In this document: positions 27,082-37,898 of the stretch, piece by piece
Layout: the number at the start of each line of letters is the position of its first letter
Position numbering within the stretch: the first letter of the stretch is position 1
From: Bacilli bacterium
Lineage (GTDB): Bacteria > Bacillota_I > Bacilli_A > RF39 > UBA660
Length of the DNA: 64,000 bases
Direction: 5' to 3'
NCBI GenBank assembly: GCA_017432665.1
Contig: JAFRIS010000038.1
Span: 10,103-74,102 of the forward strand
Notes under the pieces: model-generated
Database searches by the model: none
What the model was told of the DNA's origin: nothing
What the model saw: the letters and a program-made list of their open reading frames with translations, nothing else
Position numbers and translations under genes: made by a program

Positions 27082-28488
27082 TTATCTTTTTAATTTATCA
27101 AGTACTGTTTTATATGATGATTTTAAGAACTCTCTATTAGTTATATAAGCATAGATACAAACTACTAATAAGTTTAAAATATCTAAGTATATATTATGTT
27201 GATAATAAAGGATAGTTGCGAAAGTAAAAATTAAGACACTTTTAATAACTAAACCACTTTCTAATTTGATATTAACATATTTCTTTAAATCTATATGACG
27301 ATATAACATCATAACAAAATAAGATATTGCGGTAGATATAGCTGCGGCATATAGACCTATCCTCTTGATAAAGATAATATTTATTAAGACATTAATAATA
27401 GCTCCCATTATTGCGGTTGAAGCAACTTGTTTAGATAACTTCTTAGCAAGGTATACTTGACTATACAAACAAATGGCTACATTAAATACACTGCCTAATA
27501 CTAAGTATGGAATATAATTATAGGCATCATTATATTTAGAATTAATAAGTATTGGGAAAACAAATGGCATACAAGCAATCATTCCCACTCCCAAGGCTAT
27601 AAACAATTTCATAATTGTATTAAAAATATCAGAGAAGAACTCATCGCGGTCTTTACTATTTATATGTAGAGCAGCACTCTCACTCCAGCTTAAATTAAAG
27701 ACTCCTGTAAGGCTTGAAATAATCGTTGGGAATTTATTACTAATAGCATACAAACCATTAGCTCCTGAACCCAATATCCAAGCAATAATACTTCTATCAC
27801 TAACATTAACTACCCACCAACTAATACCGTTAGGAATTAATGGTATAGAATACTTAAACATATCTTTTAACAATTTATGATCTACTAGTTTAAAGTCTAT
27901 TTTTGAATTTAATTTTAATCTAATAAATAGATATAAAGAACAGATAAAGTTAGCTAAAGCCATAGATATAATCATACCTTCAGCTTGCATACCCATAAAG
28001 CAAATTAAGAATATGTTAGATACCACAGTAGTAAGACCAGTTAAAATACAACTAATTGAAAAATCTACTGTCTTACCAAATCCACGAGCTACTTGCAAGA
28101 AATTACCTGATAGAACACAGACAATTATATCTACTAGTATTAACCATCTAAATGGTATTGTAACAAAACAAGTAACAATCACATATAAAATACTAAATAT
28201 ACTTAAACTAATAAGTAATACATAAAAATTATTACTAATTAATTTCTTAGTTTCTTTTTCACTACTTCTAGAATCTATTAAGTATCTAAAAATACTCATT
28301 TCTAATTCTAAAGTAATTATTGGTACTAATAATGTTACATATGTCTGAATTAAATCTACTAATCCATATTCAGAAGTTACTAAGTAAGCAGTATATAAAG
28401 GAAGTAAGAAAAATGATATTAACTGAGTACATACTTTTCCAAAGAAAATAATAATAGTGTTCTTAGCTAATTGCTTTTTCTTGTTCAT
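27082..28488 (-). CDS. MOP-superfamily polysaccharide flippase (Wzx-like)
   Basis: 468 aa with about 12-14 TM helices and the typical N-terminal NTIIIFFGKVCTQLISFFLLPLYT. Confidence 0.7.
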   Translation of the reverse strand: MNKKKQLAKNTIIIFFGKVCTQLISFFLLPLYTAYLVTSEYGLVDLIQTYVTLLVPIITLELEMSIFRYLIDSRSSEKETKKLISNNFYVLLISLSIFSILYVIVTCFVTIPFRWLILVDIIVCVLSGNFLQVARGFGKTVDFSISCILTGLTTVVSNIFLICFMGMQAEGMIISMALANFICSLYLFIRLKLNSKIDFKLVDHKLLKDMFKYSIPLIPNGISWWVVNVSDRSIIAWILGSGANGLYAISNKFPTIISSLTGVFNLSWSESAALHINSKDRDEFFSDIFNTIMKLFIALGVGMIACMPFVFPILINSKYNDAYNYIPYLVLGSVFNVAICLYSQVYLAKKLSKQVASTAIMGAIINVLINIIFIKRIGLYAAAISTAISYFVMMLYRHIDLKKYVNIKLESGLVIKSVLIFTFATILYYQHNIYLDILNLLVVCIYAYITNREFLKSSYKTVLDKLKR

Positions 28489-28936
28489 TTAATCTCCTCC
28501 TTTTATGTATTAAATAATAGATATACGTAGATAAACTACCACCTATAGTATCAATTAATACATCAAGCACTTCCCCACTACGACCAGCTACAAAAGTCTG
28601 ATGTATTTCATCACTACATGCATATAATAATACCACAATTATACTAATAAAGATACTTCTCTTAGTTAAACCAAATTCCTTTAAGAAACTAATTATTAAT
28701 AAACCCAAAATAAAATATAGTAGAAAATGCGCAGTCTTTCTAACTAATACAACTGTCTTTTCAATATATTTTTCTTTCTCTTCATCTGTTAGCTTTCTAT
28801 GTAAAATAGTCTCAGTAATCTTAACTATAACACTATCACTTTTCTTTTCACTAACTTCTCCATTATCAGCACTTAAAGAAAATATAAAAACCATACATAA
28901 TATAATAAGTATAAATTTAATTATCTTTATAATCAT
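28463..28936 (-). CDS. VanZ family membrane protein
   Basis: 157 aa with 4 TM helices, the RKTAHFLLYFILG motif and a conserved C-terminal DEIHQ. Confidence 0.7.
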   Translation of the reverse strand: MIIKIIKFILIILCMVFIFSLSADNGEVSEKKSDSVIVKITETILHRKLTDEEKEKYIEKTVVLVRKTAHFLLYFILGLLIISFLKEFGLTKRSIFISIIVVLLYACSDEIHQTFVAGRSGEVLDVLIDTIGGSLSTYIYYLIHKRRRLNEQEKAIS

Positions 28937-29004
28937 ACTTTCACCATAATTATTATATCACAAGTAATATTAACTATTAATTATTTTATAAAAAAAGAAA
29001 GTAA

Positions 29005-30456
29005 TTATTTACCTTCTCTTTCTTCTACGGCTTTATAAGCTTCTTCCATATCATTAAAGTAAATTGTTTCATTCTTTAATTTCTCATATGTTTCATTACC
29101 TTTTCCTAGTACTAAAACCATATCATTAGGTTCTGCCATATCAATTGCTTTATATATAGCTTCTCTTCTATCTAATACTATTTCATAATTATCATGAGTT
29201 TCTTTCAATTCTTTAATAATATCATTACAAATATCAGCTGGATCTTCACTTCTAGGATCTTCTGCTGTAAAGATTGCATAAGTAGCATTTTCTACTACTA
29301 CATTACCTACTTGCGGTCTTTTTAAATAATCTCTTTCTCCTGCTTGACCTATTACTACAATACTTCTATTTATATCTAAAGTATGAACAAAATTTAATAA
29401 TTTAGTAATACCATTAGGAGTATGAGCATAATCAACCATTACATAGTATGGGGTATCTATATCTAATAATTCTAACCTTCCACTTATTTTAATGTCTTTA
29501 ATCTTAGGTAGAATATCTTTTAACTCATATCCAGCTGATATGGTACATAGAAGTGCACAAGCTAAATTATAAACATTAAAGTCTCCTAATAATGGGCTAT
29601 CTACTTTTATTTCTTCACCATTATACTTAAATGTAATATCAGTATGATTAGGATGTACTTTGAATTCTACTATTTGTAGATCATTATCTTCTCCCATACC
29701 ATAAGTTAAAATATTTTTAGCATTACAAGCTTTTCTGGTCTTTTCATAGTATTTATCATCATGATTTAAAATAGAATAACCATCTTTTTTTGTTTGTTTA
29801 AATAGCATTAATTTAGATTCTAAATAATTTTCAAAACTACCATGAATATTTAAATGTTCAGAAGTTACATTTGTCATAGCAGATACGTCAAATTCCATAG
29901 CTTGTAATCTTCCTCTAAAGAAAGCTTCACTAGATGTTTCAATAGATGCATATTTACAGCCATGTTCTACAAATTCATTTAAATACATATACATATTTTG
30001 AGCATCTGGAGTAGTATTAGGATTATCTCCTTCAAAATCCCCATAACTTCTACCATTAGTTCCAATATAACCACATAAGTCTTTACCAATTAATGTCTGT
30101 ACAATCGTAGTAGTACTAGTTTTACCATCAGTACCAGTTACTGCGATCATCTTTAATTTTTGATCAGGATAATCATAAAATCTTTGACATAAGTAAGGTA
30201 ATTCTTTATTAGTATCTTCTACTTTAATAATTGGAACACTCTTTTCTCCAACATCTTTACTAACTACAATAGCACTAGCTCCATTTTCAATAGCTTCATC
30301 AATAAAGTTATGTCTATCAGCAGTAGCCCCCATCGTACAAACAAATAAATCTCCTTTTTTAATCTCTTTAGAGTTTATACATATTCTTTTAATTTCAATA
30401 TCTTCCTGTATTTCAGGATACAATTTTTGTAGTTTTTTCATTTTATCACCTATCAT
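29005..30456 (-). CDS. murE: UDP-N-acetylmuramoyl-L-alanyl-D-glutamate ligase adding the third residue (MurE)
   Basis: VTGTDGKTSTT P-loop. EDPR sits at the position of the DNPR motif; the retained Arg tentatively suggests the meso-DAP type. The start may be the internal MKKLQ. Confidence 0.9.
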   Translation of the reverse strand: MIGDKMKKLQKLYPEIQEDIEIKRICINSKEIKKGDLFVCTMGATADRHNFIDEAIENGASAIVVSKDVGEKSVPIIKVEDTNKELPYLCQRFYDYPDQKLKMIAVTGTDGKTSTTTIVQTLIGKDLCGYIGTNGRSYGDFEGDNPNTTPDAQNMYMYLNEFVEHGCKYASIETSSEAFFRGRLQAMEFDVSAMTNVTSEHLNIHGSFENYLESKLMLFKQTKKDGYSILNHDDKYYEKTRKACNAKNILTYGMGEDNDLQIVEFKVHPNHTDITFKYNGEEIKVDSPLLGDFNVYNLACALLCTISAGYELKDILPKIKDIKISGRLELLDIDTPYYVMVDYAHTPNGITKLLNFVHTLDINRSIVVIGQAGERDYLKRPQVGNVVVENATYAIFTAEDPRSEDPADICNDIIKELKETHDNYEIVLDRREAIYKAIDMAEPNDMVLVLGKGNETYEKLKNETIYFNDMEEAYKAVEEREGK

Positions 30457-30539
30457 TTATTATACAGTATACTTTTTCTTTATAAAAGGATTTTCTTGAA
30501 ATATACTGCTTTTTAAGATAAAATGATTATGGTGATACT

Positions 30540-31445
30540 ATGCGTACGATGATATTTGGAGCAGGTACTGATTTAGGAGTTCATATTGATGGAGCTGATT
30601 TAGGACCTGTACAATTAATGAATGATTTAAAGTCTTTCTATAAAGGAGAAAGTATGTTACTTTCTAAAGATAAAAGTATTATTAAAAGTAGAAATTTATC
30701 TGATCGTAGAAAGAATGAATATGAAATAGAAAAGTTTAATTCATTATTATATAAAAATATAGTAGATAAAACTAAAGAAGAGTATTTCCCAATTATGATT
30801 GGTGGAGATCGTTCTGCCGAAATGGCTTCTGCGTTTGCTTCAGCTAAATCAAACATTGATGTTGGGATGATTTGGATTGCTTCGCATGCTGGATATGATA
30901 CTTTTGAATCTACTGTCTCAGGTAATTTAAATGGATTATCTTTAGCGGCAATTAATGGTTACAAAAACAGTGATTTAAGATCTTACCACGATGGTAAAAT
31001 AATTCAAACTTCTAAAACTGTTATTGTAGGAGTTAGAAATATGCAAAGTGGAGAAAAAGACAATGTTAGATATTCCGGAGTAACAGTTTTCACTACTCAA
31101 GACATCAAAGAAAAAGGTGTTGAAACTGTCATGGAAGAAGCTTTTAAAATAGCCGGTTTTAAAACTAAAGGTGTTCATATTTGTTATGACTTAGATATTA
31201 TTGATCCTGATATTTGTCCAGGTGTTAGTATTCCAGAATTTGATGGTATTTCTGAAGAAGAAGCTATGCAGATTAATGAATATATTGTTAAAAATTTTAA
31301 AGACGTTTTATCATTTGACTTGGTAGAATTCAACCCCTTACGTGATGTAGATAGAAAGACTGAACAAATTGCTTTAAATATCTTGGCTCAAATAATTAGA
31401 GCTGCGGAAAACAAAAAGAAATTTGAACAAAAAACTTATTATTAA
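30540..31445 (+). CDS. arginase/ureohydrolase-fold protein with degenerate metal site
   Basis: It aligns along its whole length to arginases. GGDRS replaces GGDHS, WIASHAGYDT replaces WxDAHxDxNT, and SGNLNG replaces SGNxHG. DLDIIDP is retained. Confidence 0.8.
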   Translation: MRTMIFGAGTDLGVHIDGADLGPVQLMNDLKSFYKGESMLLSKDKSIIKSRNLSDRRKNEYEIEKFNSLLYKNIVDKTKEEYFPIMIGGDRSAEMASAFASAKSNIDVGMIWIASHAGYDTFESTVSGNLNGLSLAAINGYKNSDLRSYHDGKIIQTSKTVIVGVRNMQSGEKDNVRYSGVTVFTTQDIKEKGVETVMEEAFKIAGFKTKGVHICYDLDIIDPDICPGVSIPEFDGISEEEAMQINEYIVKNFKDVLSFDLVEFNPLRDVDRKTEQIALNILAQIIRAAENKKKFEQKTYY

Positions 31446-31446
31446 T

Positions 31447-31476
31447 AAAAAAACTAGATTAATTAATCTAGTTTTT
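31447..31476. terminator. bidirectional intrinsic terminator
   Basis: AAACTAGATTAATTAATCTAGTTT palindrome flanked by A- and T-runs, between convergent genes. Confidence 0.65.
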
Positions 31477-31481
31477 ATTTT

Positions 31482-32609
31482 CTAATAATTTCTATCTCTT
31501 AAATATCTTGGAACTTCTAAGTCAACTTCATCCATTGACATAGGTTTTTCTTCTTCAGTAGTTAAGATTTCTGTTTTATGATAGTGATCTTCTCTTGGAA
31601 TTACTGGCCTTCTTGGTGCTTGATCATTACTAGTATATGGTTGATCTACAGCTTTCTTTTGCTTATCAAAACCTGTAGCAATTACGGTAACAATTACTTC
31701 ATCACTTAAGTTTTCATTAATTACTGAACCAAAGATTGTATTAATATCTGTATTAGCAGCACTTCTTACTACTTCAGCAGCTTGTTCTGCTTCAAATAAT
31801 GTTAAATTTACTCCACCAGTAATATTAATAATAGCATCAGTAGCTCCTTCAATTGATGTATCTAATAATGGACTTGATACTGCTTGTTTAGCAGCTTCTA
31901 GAGCTCTATCTTCACCCATACCAATACCAATACCGATAATAGCACGACCGCTATTTTCCATTACTGCTTTAACATCGGCAAAGTCTAAGTTAACTAATCC
32001 GACAACAGCAATTAAGTCTGAAATAGATTGAACACCACGACGAAGTACATTATCAACTTCTTTAAATGCTTCTAGCATTGGAGTAGATCTATCAATTATT
32101 TCTCTTAATCTATCATTTGGAATAACAATTAGTGTATCAACATGTTTTCTTAATTCTTCAATACCTTGAATGGCATTTTCCATTCTTCTTTTTCCTTCGA
32201 ATGAAAATGGTTTAGTAACAATAGCTACAGTTAAAGCTCCTAAGTTTTGAGCAATTTCAGCAACTACAGCAGCAGCACCAGTACCAGTACCTCCACCCAT
32301 TCCAGCAGTGATAAATACCATGTCTGCCCCACTTAAAGCATCTTCAATTTCTTTTTTAGATTCTAAAGCCGATTCTTTACCAACTTCTGGTTTTCCTCCA
32401 GCTCCTAATCCATCAGTAAGAGTTGCTCCTATTTGAATTTTAACATCTGCTTTACTGTTATTAAGTACTTGTAAATCTGTATTAGCTGCGATGAATTCTA
32501 CACCTTTTACTCCAGATTCAACCATTCTATTGATGGCGTTTCCACCACCACCACCTAAACCAATAACTTTGATTTTGGCTAATTGATCCATTTCTAATCC
32601 GCCTATCAT
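31482..32609 (-). CDS. ftsZ: cell division protein FtsZ
   Basis: GGGGGNA and GGGTGTG motifs. AGGAGG lies 7 nt upstream of ATG 32609. Confidence 0.97.
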   Translation of the reverse strand: MIGGLEMDQLAKIKVIGLGGGGGNAINRMVESGVKGVEFIAANTDLQVLNNSKADVKIQIGATLTDGLGAGGKPEVGKESALESKKEIEDALSGADMVFITAGMGGGTGTGAAAVVAEIAQNLGALTVAIVTKPFSFEGKRRMENAIQGIEELRKHVDTLIVIPNDRLREIIDRSTPMLEAFKEVDNVLRRGVQSISDLIAVVGLVNLDFADVKAVMENSGRAIIGIGIGMGEDRALEAAKQAVSSPLLDTSIEGATDAIINITGGVNLTLFEAEQAAEVVRSAANTDINTIFGSVINENLSDEVIVTVIATGFDKQKKAVDQPYTSNDQAPRRPVIPREDHYHKTEILTTEEEKPMSMDEVDLEVPRYLRDRNY

Positions 32610-32621
32610 ACCTATTCCTCC

Positions 32622-33860
32622 TTAATTGTTACTGAAAAAGTGCCCAAACACTCTATTTAACATATTTTCTTTCGTAATATTAGGATCTATCCACAACATT
32701 GTTTCAATATCGTCTTCTGGTATCATATTATATTGCTTATCTCTCAATGTTAATTTATCATCAAAATATTTAGTAATGCCATAGCAACTACTATATTTAT
32801 TATGTCTAGCTCCCATAGTAGAAATATCACACTTTTTAGCTACAAAGCCAAATTCTTGTTCTACCAAATGATTAAAGCCAGCCATTTCGCTAAGGCCACC
32901 CGTTATAATTATATAACGAATTTCTCTATTTGTTAAGTTTTTTATTTCATTTTTAGCTAGTTCAAGTATTTCTCTTACTCTAGCTTCTACTATTTTTGAA
33001 ACTCCCATTTGACTTACTTCTTTAGTAGTTTCACTATCAATAGAAAGTTCTAACTTATCGTTATTGTCTGCATAATCTGCAGCAGCTACTGCAAAGTTTT
33101 CTTTCATCTTTCTAGCTTCTTCTGGATCTACTCTAAGTACGTAAGTTAAATCTTTATCTACATTAGCACTACCTACTGGTAATGTACTATTCTTAATTTG
33201 TATTCCTTTATTAAAAACACTAACATTAGTAGAATATTCACCTATATTAATAATAGCTCCTACTAATTCATCATATTTTTTATTTTTAATTGCAAAATAA
33301 TCTCCAGTAGAAGTAAAAGCTATGTCTACTGTTTCTATTCCGCTTAATTTTAATACTTCTAATATTCTATATAAAGCAGCTTTTTCCATAGTACTAATAA
33401 CTACTCTAGTTTCTAATAAGCTACCTTTCATACCCTTAGGATCTTTAGTAACATTATTATCATCAATAGTAAAACTAATTGGCATAGCTGTTACTAATTC
33501 ATCATTAGAAAAATCTTGTCCTTTTAAAGCATCAAGTAAAGCATTACTTACATCTATCCCAGTAATTTCGTTATAATCTAATACATTAGTAGCTCCTAAA
33601 ACAATATCCATCTTACAATTAGCAGGTGGTAAACAAGCAATTACTTTAGTTATTTTAATTCCTAACATATCACTAGCTTCTCTAATAGCTTTTTTAATAC
33701 TAGTACTAGCAGCTTTACCATCCTCAATAAAACCATTCTTTATTCCTCTAGAAGGACTACTTACAGATGCAAGTACATAATATTTATCATTAACTTTTTC
33801 AGTGACAACTACTTTAATACTATTAGTACCTAAATCGATACCAGTATAAATATTACTCAT
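32622..33860 (-). CDS. ftsA: cell division protein FtsA
   Basis: Actin-like ATPase (GIDLGTNSIKVVV) upstream of ftsZ. ATG 33860 has AGGAGG 6 nt upstream; the track start is a TTG extension. Confidence 0.95.
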   Translation of the reverse strand: MSNIYTGIDLGTNSIKVVVTEKVNDKYYVLASVSSPSRGIKNGFIEDGKAASTSIKKAIREASDMLGIKITKVIACLPPANCKMDIVLGATNVLDYNEITGIDVSNALLDALKGQDFSNDELVTAMPISFTIDDNNVTKDPKGMKGSLLETRVVISTMEKAALYRILEVLKLSGIETVDIAFTSTGDYFAIKNKKYDELVGAIINIGEYSTNVSVFNKGIQIKNSTLPVGSANVDKDLTYVLRVDPEEARKMKENFAVAAADYADNNDKLELSIDSETTKEVSQMGVSKIVEARVREILELAKNEIKNLTNREIRYIIITGGLSEMAGFNHLVEQEFGFVAKKCDISTMGARHNKYSSCYGITKYFDDKLTLRDKQYNMIPEDDIETMLWIDPNITKENMLNRVFGHFFSNN

Positions 33861-33940
33861 CTTAATCCTCCTATTCAAATTTAATTATACTATAAATTAA
33901 CTTTTTTTACTACTTTTTTAGGTAATTTGTTTAATACTAG

Positions 33941-34630
33941 CTATTCTTTAATTTGGAAATGGTTACCATTATCCAAGTATAGAATACCTTTATGATTTTC
34001 CAATTGTTTTAAAACATCGTTGTAATGATTAATCATCTTAAACTTAGTTAGTGTTAAATAAACTACATTGCCATCATCCATATATAATAAAAATCTATCT
34101 TTATCATAATCATTAGGTTTATATTCAATATCACTAATTTTAGATAAAATATCTGCTTTTACATTGTGCATTCCACTAACAAATTTCTTATACTTTTTGT
34201 CAGGAACATAGTTTAATAGTCTTGGCACTCTAAAATTACGACTTATTGCATCTTCTTTTATTTCTTTCTCATTACCTAAGACATATTTATTATTATTTGT
34301 ATTATAAAATAATGGTCTGTTTTCATCTATCTCTAATTCTACTATAAAGCCAATCTTTTTTCTTAAATGGGCAGAATTAATATATTTACTACTTTTTAAT
34401 CTCTTTTCTACACCATTACTACTAGTTAAGAAAAAAGATGGATAATCTTTTAATTTAGCTAATTCTAAAATATAGTCATCATTTAAATACTTTGTTTTTT
34501 TAATAACAATATTTTTAATTGAAACTTGAGAAAGCTCATAAACGCCAAAAAATAGTCCTGATAAAACTAAAAGAACTATTAAGAAATTAAATACTTTCAA
34601 TTTTCTTTTTTTGACTACTTTTTTGGCCAT
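33941..34630 (-). CDS. divIB: cell division protein DivIB/FtsQ
   Basis: Basic N-terminus, one TM helix and POTRA-like and beta domains, located between murB and ftsA. ATG 34630 has a GGGAG RBS. Confidence 0.75.
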   Translation of the reverse strand: MAKKVVKKRKLKVFNFLIVLLVLSGLFFGVYELSQVSIKNIVIKKTKYLNDDYILELAKLKDYPSFFLTSSNGVEKRLKSSKYINSAHLRKKIGFIVELEIDENRPLFYNTNNNKYVLGNEKEIKEDAISRNFRVPRLLNYVPDKKYKKFVSGMHNVKADILSKISDIEYKPNDYDKDRFLLYMDDGNVVYLTLTKFKMINHYNDVLKQLENHKGILYLDNGNHFQIKE

Positions 34631-34632
34631 AA

Positions 34633-35541
34633 TTACTCCCAATTAACAAATTCTTGTTCTATTTTCATATCTATATCATAATTCTTTAACACTGTATCAT
34701 GTGCTAAATCTATTAAATATTTAATATCCTCGGCAGATGCCTTATCATAATTAATGACAAAGTTGGCATGTTTATCGCTAATCATGGCCCCACCCTGCTT
34801 TTTACCTTTAAGTCCTGAGTCTTCTATTAATTTTCCAGCAAACTCTCCTTCTGGATTTCTAAAAACACTACCTGCAGAAGGATACTCTAATGGTTGCGTA
34901 TCTACTCTTCTTTGTTTACGTTCATTAATTACTTCTTCAATTGCTTCTCTTTTACCTTTATTTAATTTAATAATTGCTTCTAAACAAATACAATCCGGAT
35001 GTCTTTGTAAGTATGAACTACGATAATGGAAATCCATTTCTTTATTTTCTAAATAAATTACTTTTAAATCCGAAGTTAACACTTTTACTCTTTCAACAAT
35101 ATATCCCATATCAGATTTATAAGCACCAGCATTCATAAAAACGGCTCCTCCGACACTACCCGGAATACCTGATGCAAATTCTAATCCAGTAAGTCCTTTT
35201 TTCGCCGCCATCATACTTAATTTAATTAACGGAAAACCTGCACCTACTTGAATCTTATTTTTTCCAAAGAATCTAACATCATTAAACTCATCTAGTTTAA
35301 TTAATACTCCTTCATAAGGTTTACTACTAAATAGTAAATTAGATCCTCTACCTAGGATTTTATGAGTAATATTTTCACTTTGTAAAAATCTCATTAAGGT
35401 AATTAGACAATCAGTATTTTTAGGATAAACAATACAACTACAAGTACCACCAACGCGATAAGTAGTATATTTATCTAAAGAGACATCTTCTTCAACTTTA
35501 CCTATATTTAATTCTTTTATCTTCTTAACTATCTCTTTCAT
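34633..35541 (-). CDS. murB: UDP-N-acetylenolpyruvoylglucosamine reductase
   Basis: FAD-binding domain and GRGSNLL, SAGSVFRNP and GGAMISDKHANF motifs. Confidence 0.95.
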   Translation of the reverse strand: MKEIVKKIKELNIGKVEEDVSLDKYTTYRVGGTCSCIVYPKNTDCLITLMRFLQSENITHKILGRGSNLLFSSKPYEGVLIKLDEFNDVRFFGKNKIQVGAGFPLIKLSMMAAKKGLTGLEFASGIPGSVGGAVFMNAGAYKSDMGYIVERVKVLTSDLKVIYLENKEMDFHYRSSYLQRHPDCICLEAIIKLNKGKREAIEEVINERKQRRVDTQPLEYPSAGSVFRNPEGEFAGKLIEDSGLKGKKQGGAMISDKHANFVINYDKASAEDIKYLIDLAHDTVLKNYDIDMKIEQEFVNWE

Positions 35542-35545
35542 ATAA

Positions 35546-36622
35546 TCACCTAATTATCCTTTTAACTTCATCATATATTCTAGTTGCTGAATCAGTAATT
35601 CCTAACTTTTTACTATTCTTAACCATATTATCATATTCTTTTTCATTAGAAAACAACTTATCTATTTCAGCGATTATAGTATCTTTAGAGAATTTTTCTT
35701 CTGTTACTATCTTACAAGCACCAGCATCTTCTAATTCTTTAGCATTCTTATATTGATGATTATTAGTAACATATGGTGATGGTACTAAAATAGCTGGTAA
35801 TCCTATCGCAGTAATTTCTGCGATTGTACTTGCTCCAGCGCGAGATACTATTAAGTCACTGTCTTTAAGTAAATTAATTAAATTTTCCATAAATGGAACT
35901 ATCTTAACATTATCATCTAATTCCATATCTTTATAGTCATCATAATACTTTTTACCAGTGATAATTAAAACTTGATAATCTTTTCCATTAAATGCGGGGA
36001 TCAATTCCTTAATCTTTTTAGTCATAGTAGTACTACCTAATGATCCCATAACAACAACAACTAGTTTTTTATCTTTCTTAAAACCTAGTTTAGTTTTACT
36101 AAGTTTATCTACTTTAATAATTTCTTCACTACGAGGATTTCCTGTATATACGACCTTATCCTTAGGAAATAAATTAACACTATTTGGTAATGATACACAA
36201 ATTCTATTAGCAAAACCACCTATAAATTTATTAGATACACCAGGAATAGAATTTTGTTCATGGATAAGAGTTGGTATACCTTCCTTATGAGCAGCATATA
36301 AAACTGGAGCTGTTATATAACCACCGGCTCCTACTACTACATCAGGTTTAAACTCTTTAATAATTTTTCTCGATGCTTTAATAGCATTATTAAACTTACG
36401 AAAAACCTCAATATTTGATAATGGATTTGATCTATTCAAGCCAGTCATTTCCAAACCAATAAACTTGATACCTAAGTTTGGAATAATATCTTTTTCCATT
36501 CTATCACTGGTACCAATATATAAGAATTCACTATCAGATTCTTTTTCTTTTATCTTGTTGATTATCGCAAGAGCTGGGTATATATGACCACCTGTTCCTC
36601 CTGCTGCTACAATTACTTTCAT
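35546..36622 (-). CDS. murG: UDP-N-acetylglucosamine--lipid I GlcNAc transferase
   Basis: AAGGTGGHIYPALAI motif. ATG 36622 is preceded by GGAGTGA; the track N-terminal extension is unlikely. Confidence 0.95.
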   Translation of the reverse strand: MKVIVAAGGTGGHIYPALAIINKIKEKESDSEFLYIGTSDRMEKDIIPNLGIKFIGLEMTGLNRSNPLSNIEVFRKFNNAIKASRKIIKEFKPDVVVGAGGYITAPVLYAAHKEGIPTLIHEQNSIPGVSNKFIGGFANRICVSLPNSVNLFPKDKVVYTGNPRSEEIIKVDKLSKTKLGFKKDKKLVVVVMGSLGSTTMTKKIKELIPAFNGKDYQVLIITGKKYYDDYKDMELDDNVKIVPFMENLINLLKDSDLIVSRAGASTIAEITAIGLPAILVPSPYVTNNHQYKNAKELEDAGACKIVTEEKFSKDTIIAEIDKLFSNEKEYDNMVKNSKKLGITDSATRIYDEVKRIIR

Positions 36623-36755
36623 AGAATCACTCCATCTATCAAAATTATACCATATTTTATAGATATTCACTTACATTTACAATAAATATTACATCACTTG
36701 ACAATTGTTTTAAAATAGCGATTGTGATAAAATACAGGTAGAAATGAGGGATACT

Positions 36756-37898
36756 ATGAAAGCTATTGGAATTATTGCTGAATATAATCCTTTTCATAAT
36801 GGTCATTTATACCATTTAAATAAGATTAAAGAAATGTATCCTGATTATACCATTATTGTAGTAATGAATGGTAATTTTACTGAACGTGGTGAAGTTACTA
36901 TTATAGATAAATGGAAAAGATGTGATATTGCTTTAGAGTTAGGAGTAGATTTAGTAATAGAATTACCTTTTCCCTTCTCTACTCAAAGTGCTGATTTCTA
37001 TGCTTATGGAGCTATTACAATACTTGAAAAACTTCAAGTAGAAAAAGTAATCTTTGGAAGTGAATCAGATAATATCCGTGATTTGAAATTAATCGCAGAA
37101 ACACAAATTAACAATGATGAATTTGATAAGTTAGTTAAAATATATTGTAAATTAGGTAATAATTACCCTACTGCTTTATCTAAAGCATTAGAAGATCTAA
37201 CTAATAAAAAAATAACTACACCTAATGATTTACTAGGAATTAGTTATATTAAAACAATATTAGAAAATAATTATAAGATTATACCAGAAACTATTAAGAG
37301 AACTAATAATTATCATGATAAAGAATTAAACAACACCTTCTCAAGTGCTACATCTATTAGAGAAAGCTTAAAACAGGATATATCTATAAAAGACCAAGTA
37401 CCATCCAACACTTTAAAGAGGCTTAATAATTTACACTATATGGATATGTATTTTAATATTTTGAAATATAAAATAATTACAGAAAATGATTTAGAAAAAT
37501 ATCAAACAGTTGAAACAGGTATAAATAAAAAGCTAAAAGAAACTATTACTGAAGTTAATACTTATGACGAGTTAATAAAAAGTCTTAAAAGTAAAAAGGA
37601 TACTTATAATAAAATAAGTAGAATGTTGTTACATATACTATGTAATTTTACTAAAGAAGATGCTAAGGCATTTAATAAAATCACTTATATCAGAATTTTA
37701 GGTTTTAATAAGAATGGTAAAGATTATTTAAATAACATAAAAAAAGAATTAGATGTGCCAATTATTAGTAAAATCACTAGAGAAAAGGATTCAATGTTAG
37801 AATTTGAACTTAATACTACTAAAATATATGATTTAATATATAATGAAGAATTATTTGCAAAAGAATATCAGAATCATTTATATAAGGAGGATCTATGA
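36756..37898 (+). CDS. tmcAL: tRNA(Met) cytidine acetate ligase (YlbM/UPF0348 nucleotidyltransferase)
   Basis: GIIAEYNPFHNGH HIGH-like motif and family-typical length. GAGGGA RBS lies before ATG 36756. Confidence 0.8.
   Translation: MKAIGIIAEYNPFHNGHLYHLNKIKEMYPDYTIIVVMNGNFTERGEVTIIDKWKRCDIALELGVDLVIELPFPFSTQSADFYAYGAITILEKLQVEKVIFGSESDNIRDLKLIAETQINNDEFDKLVKIYCKLGNNYPTALSKALEDLTNKKITTPNDLLGISYIKTILENNYKIIPETIKRTNNYHDKELNNTFSSATSIRESLKQDISIKDQVPSNTLKRLNNLHYMDMYFNILKYKIITENDLEKYQTVETGINKKLKETITEVNTYDELIKSLKSKKDTYNKISRMLLHILCNFTKEDAKAFNKITYIRILGFNKNGKDYLNNIKKELDVPIISKITREKDSMLEFELNTTKIYDLIYNEELFAKEYQNHLYKEDL

Noticed and set aside
30540-31445. Annotating the ureohydrolase-fold gene as a functional arginase (rocF).
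   Set aside because: Three of the six Mn-ligand positions and the catalytic His are substituted (GGDRS, IASHAG, SGNLNG). Only a family-level call is justified.
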